Part shown: one piece after another, positions 1-9,773 of the stretch
Numbering within the stretch: position 1 is the stretch's first letter
Layout: each line of letters begins with the position of its first letter
Assembly (NCBI RefSeq): GCF_006345805.1
Contig: NW_021832430.1
Location: 465,001-498,000, forward strand
Source: Octopus sinensis
Taxonomy: Eukaryota
Direction: 5' to 3'
Length of the DNA: 33,000 nucleotides
The notes under the pieces: model-generated
Seen by the model: only the letters and a program-made list of their open reading frames with translations
Database searches by the model: none
What the model was told of the DNA's origin: nothing
Made by a program: the position numbers and the translations under genes

Positions 1-693
1 AAGTCTACTAATTATCTATGCGGACGACATATTGGTTACGGATCTGTCGCGATCTAAGGACCTCTCTTGGAAAAGGCTGAGGGAATATGTAGCGAGGGTT
101 GAGTCTTGGGCAATGGAGAAAGCCCTCTCTATAGCACGAGACAAGTCCACCATCACGTGGATTTCTAAAACTCGGAAAGGAAGAGAACCACTTCTGGAGA
201 CAATGGGACTAAGAATCTCTGACGACCTACGCTACCTTGGGGTAACGATCGGGGCTGACGGATCGTTCCTTAAGTTCGTGGAATCTAGAAGAAGGAAATG
301 TTCCGGGATCCTGAGAAGCCTTATACGCTTCCATCTCTCCCCAGACACCTTTCTCTTCATCTATAAGGCGACTGTAGAACCAGTCCTTATCTATGGACAT
401 GAAGGTTGGTACCCTACAGACGAGAGAAATCGCATAATCACCAAACTGGAGAAAACAAGGCGCTTTGCGATTAAACTGGCGTATAAGCTACGGCTTGATC
501 AGGATCTCCCCAGAGAGCTAGACGAACAAACTCAAAGCATTCGGCAAGTCCTCTGCTCATTGCAAAGGGCATGAGAAGTGAAAAGGAAGCAAGGAGGAGG
601 CTTTCGGGGTCTCGATTTTAATAAAACCTTTTCATATAACTCTTCTCTTTCGGTTGCTAAGTCAATAAAATCTGTTCGTTCGTTCGAAAAGTA
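1..693 (+). mobile_element. 3' part of an APE-type (Jockey/CR1/L2-group-like) non-LTR retrotransposon: RT C-terminus and 3' UTR
   Basis: Frame from nt 2 reads SLLIIYADDILV (YADD at 17-28), then YLGV and thumb region to stop at 574. 3' UTR has TCTTTCGGT (646-654), AATAAA (664-669) and a short GTTC repeat tail. The element continues beyond the left edge of the window. Confidence 0.85.
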
Positions 694-829
694 CCAAAAT
701 TGACTCAAGTTATTAAGTTTTTTTTATAAATAAGTAAATTATTTTAAATAAATAATCAAAATAAATATATAAATTGTCTGTAATTATACAATTTTTATGT
801 TTAAAAAAATTAGTTCCCTAAATTTAATA

Positions 830-1508
830 ATGCGCGTAATTCTTGCGGTAATGTGTTTTGATCTGAAGATAGTTTTTCTCACTGATTACACTCGCTTTAT
901 CTTTATGCTCCTCGGAACCAATCATCATCGAGCTTAAGTGTTCTGATGGCATTCCTCAAATTCGACAATTTCAACTGAGTTTCCCATTTCAGTATTAGGA
1001 GTTTTTAAAGATGTTTAGATTAGGGTTTAATAGCGACATTTATTGCTCGAAGGTCAAGAACCAGGTTGGACTTGGTAAAATTCATGCAGCGCCAATTTAT
1101 TTTTTAATTTTTGTTTGCGTTGTTTGCTTTGTATATTGCATGACTGTTATTCAAATATTATGTATCTTTCCGCACTTAGATAAAACGATAATTCTCAAAA
1201 AATTGGTATTTAAACTAACTCACAAATACTAGGATATGTTCATTTCATTTGCTTGCTCATTATTGTGTCTCCTTGCAAGTATCCGGTGGAGCAAACATAT
1301 TATCGATCTCCGACACTCTTTAGACCTTCGTCAAATCACTTTTTGCTCGATTCGTGATCACAAATGTGTCTTTATTGAGAGACCAAAACTCATAATCATA
1401 TCTGTTTCTGAGGTTTTAATTTTTGTTAACATAAATCAGGTTTTTTCTTATATTCAAATTTTTCTATGGATCATCTCTTTTTCGTCGAACATAACAAAGA
1501 AAGCTTAA
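830..1508 (+). CDS. Synaptophysin/synaptoporin (physin, MARVEL-domain) family four-TM vesicle protein
   Basis: ATG 830; GT-AG introns 848-872, 992-1018, 1206-1232 and probably 1413-1439. Spliced protein MRVILAFFSLITLALSLCSSEPIIIELKC...FQLSFPFQL...YFLIFVCVVCFVYCM...LDMFISFACSLLCLLASIRWSKHIIDLR...CSIRDHKC...SVSEVFSYIQIFLW matches the physin pattern (C...FEYPFRL; LDF...W.K.L.D.K; C-x5-C loop; W in TM4). An upstream exon is possible. Confidence 0.75.
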
Positions 1509-2205
1509 TCTCCATAATCACTTGAGAAAATACATTTTTAAAATAATAATCATTAATCGACTACCACTAAGATTCTTTAAGTTCAAATTAATTCGATGAT
1601 TTGGCTCGTCATTTCATAAAGTACAGTGAATAGCAATTAAATCAATTTGTTAGCAACTATAAGTCGGTCTATGAATATCAGAGCTTATTATTAACCCTTC
1701 TCATGTAATAGAACCTTTTTAAGACATGATTCATACATTATAGAGAATCAATATTATTAAGGAAAGTCTTACATCACTCATGAATAAGGGGTTATCTAGT
1801 CTTTAAAATTCGTATGCCAATCCAAATATATTATAAATAAACGTATGGAAATATTTTACAGACTATCAAAAACAAAAAACTAATTAAGAGAATCTATAGC
1901 TTAAAGAACCAACACAAATTCGACATAATAGCATCTCCCTTTCGTGCACTTTTACAAAGACCATCAGGATCTTTTGTTTCTTATGGGAAATTGTTATGTA
2001 AACTAATTTAACTTCCTTTAGGTCGTGTAATTTGTATACTTGAATCTGTAAGTTAAAGGTTGGTATCTTTTGAGACGAATATAGGTATTGATGGTATGTC
2101 ACCAAATTAACAATCTTTCACTACTTTGAAATTTAATTAGAGTTTTTTCTTCATATTTAAAAAGAGCATTGAAAAGTTCAAGGAAAAAAATAATATTAAA
2201 AATAA

Positions 2206-2961
2206 TTAAAATTTTTTAAGAGCATCGAATCTTTTGGTAAGGTCATCAAAGTCAAAGTCGGCATTAGAGTCAGTGTTACCATATCCAGGACATTCAGTTC
2301 TGTTTTCAGCACCACCAGTATTATCAATATCGTCTGCTTTATCATCAAAATTTTGTTCAGAATTGGTCAAGAAAGGAGTATTAAGTATGTCGAACCCAAT
2401 GCTGGGATGTGAAATATTCGAAAGCGCAATTTCCGGGTTAGGTTCGTAGGGGATATTGGCAGCTTTGGCTATTTCCACCAGGTAACTTTCGACAACCCGC
2501 TTATCAGGGACTCTGTAAGTAAGGTTCCTGACGAGGACGGGGTTAACGTTTTTAACAGAGTTAGCAGCACAAATTTTAACAAATTCTCCTCCATATTTTT
2601 TGGTCAAAATGGAAAATATTTTGTTCAGTTCAGGCACATCGCATGCCAAATAATTCTTAGCCCAGATGACACTGGCAACTGCCTCCTCCAAAGGGGGAGG
2701 AACAGTCTTGGACTCCCTTAACACACCCAGCCGAGAGAGAATTAGGTCACAATAGAGCTCGGTCATTTCCATTGACTCTATGAGGTAGTCTTCCCTCAAA
2801 ATGGACTCGACGCGAATTCTTGCTCGATTTGTTTTCCCATTTTTCAAAAGTTCGGCAATTTCTAGTCTCGATCGTGTGGAAAGTTCAGTTTTCTTAATTT
2901 GCAGATTTTTTAAACGAGTTATTGATAATTGGAGAGATACTGTTAAAGATTCCAACCGCAT
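2206..2961 (-). CDS. IST1: IST1 homolog (ESCRT-III-associated factor)
   Basis: RLKNLQIKKTEL...EIAELL..GK..RARIRVESILREDYLIESMEMTELYCDLILSRLG matches the IST1 N-terminal domain; C-terminal DFDDLTKRFDALKK is the MIM1 motif. First in-frame ATG at 2961 (the track starts at a TTG at 2982). Confidence 0.93.
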   Translation of the reverse strand: MRLESLTVSLQLSITRLKNLQIKKTELSTRSRLEIAELLKNGKTNRARIRVESILREDYLIESMEMTELYCDLILSRLGVLRESKTVPPPLEEAVASVIWAKNYLACDVPELNKIFSILTKKYGGEFVKICAANSVKNVNPVLVRNLTYRVPDKRVVESYLVEIAKAANIPYEPNPEIALSNISHPSIGFDILNTPFLTNSEQNFDDKADDIDNTGGAENRTECPGYGNTDSNADFDFDDLTKRFDALKKF

Positions 2962-3154
2962 TCCTGACCAACAAGTAAACAAGAAATTTATTTTTTTAAA
3001 AGATATTGATTAAAATGTACAAACTTAAAAAAATAATATAATAATTTTACGTATTTTATTAGAATTTAGTATAGGGATTCAATGTTTATTTATATTGGAG
3101 TTACAGGGAAATTTAAACATATAAAATACGAGAATTTTATAAAAGTGAGAATTA

Positions 3155-3444
3155 TTAATCCAAAACGGTGTTATTGCGGACACCAATTTTATAGAGAACT
3201 CTGTTAACAAAATAGCGATCACCAATGTCCATTGGATGTGGCTTCACTTCTATCAAGACAACATCCCCGATTTTGCAAACAGATTCAGTCAGGTTGTGAG
3301 CCTGAATGACGAAGCTTTTGTTAAAGTGCTGTACTAAAGTGTCATAAAGCTAACCGTGAGTAAATTTTTATCTAAAATGGCTTTGTAATAGACAATTTCA
3401 AGTAACTTTGCTGAATAGGACCGAATTACTTTGCCAACAATCAT
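3155..3444 (-). CDS. MRPS17: Mitochondrial ribosomal protein uS17m (87 aa), absent from the ORF track
   Basis: ATG 3444, 26-nt GT-AG intron 3329-3354, TAA 3155-3157. Protein MIVGKVIRSYSAKLLEIVYYKAILDKNLLTHFNKSFVIQAHNLTESVCKIGDVVLIEVKPHPMDIGDRYFVNRVLYKIG matches IVGKVI...LD..LL..FNK.....AH.....C..GD.VL of MRPS17. Confidence 0.8.
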
Positions 3445-3544
3445 GACACACAAAATAACTTAAAAATAAACGGATAAAATCGTTATAATTATTTATTTAA
3501 ACAATTATATAAATATATATCATTTAAATATCGTCTTGTGATAT
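3445..3544. promoter_or_regulatory. Putative bidirectional promoter between MRPS17 and AP3M1
   Basis: 100 bp AT-rich interval between two divergent start codons; function inferred from position only. Confidence 0.5.
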
Positions 3545-5048
3545 ATGATTAGTTCGTTCTTTATATTTCTCAAAGACGGGTCAGTCCGATTCAGTTAAAT
3601 GATAGGAATACTGTATATGAACATTACTTTGATTCGAAGAATAAGCACAGCCCAATGCTGGCCACCAGAGAACTCTCCAGAGTATTAATTTGTTTTAATT
3701 TTTAGGTCAATGACCTAAAAAAAGTAAGTTTAATAATCGACTGTGAACCGTACCTCATAATAAATGTACCCGTGAGTACTTTGCTTTGTTTTTCTGCTGT
3801 AGTAACTTCGGAGAGTAATTGTTTCTATTTTAATTGTAGTGAACCCCGTTTCAGTGATATCCACACTCACTAAATGTTATTATGCCATTTTGGACGTCTC
3901 CGGCGTTTCTAATCTGACAGAAAAAATCATAAAAAACAACAACATCTTGATCAGTCAAATACTCTCTCATTTAATCGACGGAGGTCTTTTTACAGCCTTT
4001 GATAGCAAGTTCGTTCATTTCCTCCTCAAACACGACGAAACTTCCGCCAAGCAATCCAAGAAAAACTTGGGGTTTGTCATTTGTTCAACCTCTAAGGGTG
4101 GGTAAGTCCTACGATCAAATCAAGTCTATACCTTGGCGACGACGAGGAGTCAGCTATGCTTCGCCAGAGATGTATATTGACATCTCCGAGACGGTAAGAA
4201 TGTGTTTGGGAATGGACGGAACTGTAGCCTCTGCGGATATAACTGGAAATGTGAGCTGACCCGACCAAACATTTTAGGTGCAATGCAACGCGTATTTGTC
4301 CCAAATTCCTATGGTCACTCTTTCGTTCTCTAGCCCTGACGCCCTCAAGTGTTGTACGTTCCATCCTTCTGTAGACGTATCTCAATGGAAAGGGGTTGTT
4401 TGGGTTCTCCATCATTTATAGGGCAGTCGTACGTTGAACTTTGTTCCACCCGATGGTAGTTTTATGTTGGCTAGATACTCATCCCTTTCAAACTCGTTTA
4501 TTCTATAGTTTTAACTTTTAGGGACGTGCGGAAACTTTTTGAAATAAAGTATAATCCTACTGTGGTTGGAAGTGTGATTAGCTTCTCTATAGAGGTCACA
4601 TTTCCGTATAGTTCACGCACAGTGAGACATTATTAAATGAGTTTTTTTATAGCAAGTCCGTTCGTTGGCTCTCAATTTCGACGGATCAGTCCACGCTACT
4701 TCGGTGACTGTACTTAGTAGCAATGTGGGAGTCCTTTCTTACTCCCCTCTCGGAGATACATTTAGATGTGATCAGCTTCATAAATACAAATTCCCTTTCA
4801 CACTTACTGGCGAGGTCTTCGAGTTGGCATAATTTCAGATTGTTCCTAAAAAGGACATTTCTCCTGTTGATGTCCATCCATTGATTACACTTGAATTTGA
4901 TTTGCAGGGGATTCTCTGTTCCTGTTTGAGATTGGGGACTGTATTAGTCGACAAAAAGGTGCATTCGAATTATTATTCTTAGAGGGGGAGAGAATATGTG
5001 GGCGTGAAATATAGTGTCTCTTCCTCTTCATACGTTTTACGCACTTAA
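3545..5048 (+). CDS. AP3M1: AP-3 complex mu subunit (adaptin medium chain)
   Basis: Nine GT-AG introns of 24-31 nt (3580-3605, 3682-3705, 3815-3839, 4072-4096, 4251-4277, 4395-4421, 4496-4521, 4622-4652, 4815-4838) plus 4959-4982 give a continuous frame. Motifs MISSFF, SIPWRRRGVSY, TFHPSV, NFVPPDGSFML and C-terminal GVKYSV...VLRT* are typical of mu3. Confidence 0.85.
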
Positions 5049-5502
5049 TTAACGAGGGAGACATGGAACTCACTTTGTGGTCTTATTTATTATATGTGGT
5101 TTTTCATATTTTTATTGCATACACGCTCACTGAATTATCTTGAAAACAAGCTAATCAGAACCAAAAAGTTCATATTAAAAAATCTTTGAGCTACAAGATT
5201 ATCTAAGTCTGAGACATTATTTGATATTATTAAGTGCATATAAATTATACATAGTAAAACAGAAATAACCTCAGATTTGAAAATTTTTAGTAACTCCAAT
5301 CATCTAAAATAATAAGTTCATTTGGGAATCAACGAAATAGTAGGATTGCCGTCCATGTTCTTTTTTCTCATATTATTTCTTTCATGCTTATTTTGGATTA
5401 AATTAAACAGCTAATTCTGATAATAGATAATTTTGATTATTTATTTTTGGAAAATTCAAAAATTGTACTAATATAAATAGTTTGTTGTTTACTACACGTG
5501 CC

Positions 5503-6913
5503 ATGTTTGCGTGCCAGAAGGATTCCTTTTTGACGCAGGTATTCTTATCGTAATAAAATATAGCTGGACACTCGAGTCATTTCCTGCAAGGAATACAGTG
5601 GCTCATTGCCTACATCCAAGACCGAAGTGATGTGCTGGGAAGTAGTTCTCGAAGAAACAATCCTCTTTCCCGAAGGAGGCGGACAAGTATATTTTGTAGT
5701 AATTATTAGCCTCCTGACTTTGGAACGATCGACGGAATTCCTGTTATCTATGTCCTTAAACGTGGAATGATTGCAATCCATTATACTATGTCAGAGATTG
5801 AAGAAGGCAAATCAGTCCATGTAAAGGTTGACTGGGAACGAAGATTTGATCATACTCAACAACACTCTGGTATTGATTCTTTATCACAATCCAGCTCAAC
5901 ATTTAATCACCAGTATGGCCATTAAATTATATGGTATTCAAACTACATCTTGGTTGGTGTTTTCGAAGTGTCCATAGGTAGGAGTCTTCTTTCCAAATCC
6001 ACTATTATAACTTTCGACTGTGGCAAATTAACTGCTGATCAATTGGACGAACTAGAAAAGGCCACGAATGAAGCAATTCGGCAGGCTATTCCAGTGACTG
6101 TTTCATATTATACTCCACAAAATCTCCCGCATCACGTACTTTAATGTATAAAAGCCACTTAGTTTAGAGGGAAACTCCCAAAGAACCACGAAGGAGACGT
6201 GAGAGTTGTCTCCTTTGACGGACTTGACCAAGACATGTGTTGTGGCACTCATGTATCGTCTACATCACAGTTACAGGCATACAGAATTAAACTGACGTTT
6301 AGGTGGTTAAATTTATGGGAGGAGAACAGAAGAAGGCTGGATATAATTTGGCCTTCATTGCCGGGGAGAGAGTTTTGAGGCAGTTCTCAACATGTCTAAC
6401 CAACGAGACTCGGTTAAACTGTCTACTCAATTGCGGTCCTTCTGAACATTCCTCAAAAATAAGCAAAATGGAAAAAGCATTAAAGCAAAGCAGACGAGTT
6501 ATGATTTAAGTTGTTTTTTATAGACGTGTTCTTCATTTCTCAAAGAATTGGCTGTCGGATTGGTCGAGCGGTTTAATTTTAGTCAAGATGAAGTACTCGA
6601 CCACCATCGAATAGAAGGAGATGAAATGTATATGGCTACTATTTTGTCTCAAATTAAACATGTTGGGATAATTTCTTATGTTTTTGAAACAAGTTACAGT
6701 ATTCGTGAGTGTGGGAGAAAAAGAAATATCTTTTGTAGCAGTCGCCCAGAAGGATAGTCTACAAGGTTTTGCCGATTGGTAAGAATTTTTTTCTACTTGA
6801 GGTTTTCTGATTTTGGAAGGGGTAATATGACTCCTAATGGACAGTTTCGTGGAAAAATGCCGTCTAAATTAAGGAAGAACGCTGTTAAGAAGCTTCTTGA
6901 ATTAGCAGTATAA
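5503..6913 (+). CDS. AARSD1: Alanyl-tRNA editing protein (AlaX family)
   Basis: Spliced protein MFACQKDSF...LEETILFPEGGGQPPDFGTI...VDWERRFDHTQQHSAQHLIT...DMCCGTHV has the HxxxH and CxxxH Zn-editing motifs. Introns 5539-5563, 5687-5709, 5870-5894, 5953-5981, 6136-6162, 6277-6302 (GC-AG), 6498-6523, about 6662-6693 (one base out of frame) and 6779-6801. Confidence 0.92.
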
Positions 6914-6959
6914 TGTCCTTAGCATCTGTCTATTTTTGAGTTTTTTCTGTATGAGTCAG

Positions 6960-8990
6960 TTTTTTTTAATTTTTTCTAACGGAGAGATTGTTTAATTAGA
7001 ATGTCGTCCCCACAACAATGCCTGGTTTAATGCTACTTCACTGCCAAGTATTGAGAACCTTTTGGATAATGGATCTGTTAGGATTGGGCCTTTTTACACC
7101 TCGGTCTTCACCTATGTGAGCCACATGTCTGCCGCTGTGGTGCGAAAATCTGTCGCTTTGGTCTCCACACCTTATTGTCTAGGAGCAGGGACACCTGCTA
7201 TTCGCCACGATCTATGAAGAGGTCAGACACTCGTGATCGTTTCTGAAAAGTTCGGATAGAATCTTCGATGGCCTGCCGTAACTCCGGAGACTTGGTCTCC
7301 GCCCAGCTTGGGACTGGGTCCCATGGGTTTAACATATGGGCTAACTTTAGTGCGTATCTCCGTATTTTCTCGTACTTAAGAAGGATTTTCTTATATTGTT
7401 TTGAGTAGAACCAAGCTTTCATGCCATATAGTAGGCTGGGAAAGATGGTTGTATGATAGACAAATAGGAAGGTGATTGGATCCAAGTGCATGCTTTTTAG
7501 GAGTTGAAAGCGGCAATGGCTTTTCCCCTTTTCCGTTTGAAATGCAAAAGGTATCCCAAGTTAGTGTCAATGGTGAGTCCCAGGTATCGAATGCACTCAG
7601 GGCGAGCGATTTCCACAAAAGCTACGGGTCTGCGATCATGCGACTTTCTTGGGTTAATTTGGAGATAAGCCGATTTGTCCATGTTCAGCGAGAGTCGCTT
7701 ACCGATGCACCAATCCTTTATCTCTCCAATGTAACCGGCAAGTCGTTATTCCAAGGCATTGGTGTCCATTGAGAGGTCCAGAACGAGAACATCGTCCGCG
7801 TAGAGGAGTAGGGATGTTCTGGGAGGTAAGGGGAAAGTGCTCATTACCAAATTGAAAAAGATTGGGATGAGACAGGACCCCTGCGGAACCCCCCCTTCGG
7901 AGCGAAATATATTTTGAGAAGAAGCTTAACTCAGAGATAAAAGAGTAGCGATTTGAGAGGAAGCAGCGCAGCCAGAGATAGACTTCCACTGTAGGCTCAC
8001 AGAGTTGGATCCTTTCCAATAGGTCTGTGTGCCAGACGATGTCGAGAGCCTTCGAAATGTCCAGACATACAATAGATAAAGTTTCTTTGAGCTCAATTGC
8101 TCTCGAAATGGTGGACTGTACCGTTATGAAACAGTCACTGCAGCTACGCCCAGAGCGAAAACCCCATTTCTGCAGAAGCAGTATTTTCTTCTCTTCGGCG
8201 TGAAAGCGCTTGGCTATGATTTTTTCCATCACCCTTGAGATGGTTGAGATTAGGCTTATGGGACGGTAGCTGCTAGCGAGATTCACCAGTTTCGCAAACT
8301 TTTTAATTATCCAGACCTCTGAGATTTTCCATTTTCCCAGCGCGTGGCCCCACTTGAGACTTGCCGTAAACAGATCCGCGAGGAACACATGTAGGTCTTT
8401 GGAGGCTTCTTTAAACAGCCGCATCGGTATTTTGACATGGTCTGGTGTGTTACCTTGTGACGAACGGATGGGCCAGGTCACCGCTGCACTGGTGATCAGG
8501 TGATGGTCCGACGACAGTGGGCGCGGCAGTGGCTCCGACTTTGCGACGTTTCCGGATTAGCCTCCTGGATAATGGCCAGGTGTTCTGCAAATATGTTTGG
8601 GATCTCTTGTGGCGAGGCGGGCATATCAGACTGGTTGCACACCCTCGGGGGTGAGGATTTTCCTTCGAGATTAGCCACTTTGCGGAAACAGTCCCAAAAA
8701 TTAGGTTTCTGTAGTTCAGGTTTTGTCAAGCCTTCTGTTATTTCCTGGCTGCTTCCAGCTTTGTCACGACGTGGACTTCATAACGAATTTCCGAGATCAT
8801 GTTCTTAAGTCTTCCCCTGTCAGTGGGGTCGCAGTCAGCACATTGCAATGTTCCGTATGATGTTAGATAGTGAAGCATGAAATTGCTTAACTCATCGCTT
8901 GTGGAGTCGATGTCGAGTAAAGACGTGTTTAGTTGAAACTAGGAAAGTTTATAGCGTTTTACAGTGGTATTCCCTAGATTACAATAAGTG
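6960..8990 (-). mobile_element. Degenerate, 5'-truncated APE-type non-LTR retrotransposon (RT domain with frameshifts)
   Basis: SYRPISLISTISRVMEKII, QKWGFRSGRS, LDISKALDIVWH, YADD at 7791-7802 and YLGL. The C-terminus HLDPITFLFVY...LLYG...LKLA is homologous to the element at 1-574. Several frameshifts; ends approximate. Confidence 0.88.
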
Positions 8991-9773
8991 AACTTAAATT
9001 CACTTCGGAATCCAACTTGAGTTTCATGAAAGGAATTTATTTTGAAAAACTACAGATGTCATTTCGCTTTTCTTGCGAGGACCAAGAACTTAGGTAAACA
9101 ACTATTCCTAAGCTACGTGCTGTAAAAACATGTAAAAGTGCATCAAGTTGTACACCTATGCAAAAAAATAAGATATCTTCATGGTAGAGTAGTTTTATAT
9201 AAAAGACTGTTTTACTGTAGCACCCTTTAAAGAAAAGCTCAACAGAAACAAAATGTGACACGGTACTCCTTAGTCCCTTTTCTCACTATTTTTTATCACT
9301 TCAGTTTTGTTTTGTTTATCGTCTGCATTCGTTCACATTTATATATTTTTTGACTATCACATGTATAGACAATCACATCAAAGTAAAGACAATCAAGAAA
9401 AATATTTTGTGGTCACATGGAGTTTTCTTTTCTGTTCGCTCCACAAGATTTCCATTATTTTAAGCATTCCCAAATAATGATAGCTATCTAGTTCATTCAT
9501 CGATTAATGTTTCATTATTTCATAAATAAATTACAATTTGTCATGACTTCTTAAAATCCTTCTTTAAAATATATAAAATGAAGAAATAATTAATATTATC
9601 TATATAATATATTTTAAGAGTATTTTATTTTTCATTAAAATGACATCAAAAAATTATTTATCGTTTTTCTGGGTAATATTCAAGACGGTTTCTTGTTGAG
9701 TGCACTCTGAAATATTATTATTATTAAAACTCAATACTATTTGAATTATGAATTAATTAGATTGTCATGTTAT

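Noticed and set aside
830-890. Signal peptide reading of MRVILAFFSLITLALSLCS
   Set aside because: Alignment with physins indicates this is TM1 of a four-TM protein rather than a cleavable signal.
9037-9261. 74-aa minus-strand ORF next to the LINE 5' end
   Set aside because: Non-ATG start, no motifs and no supporting splice structure.
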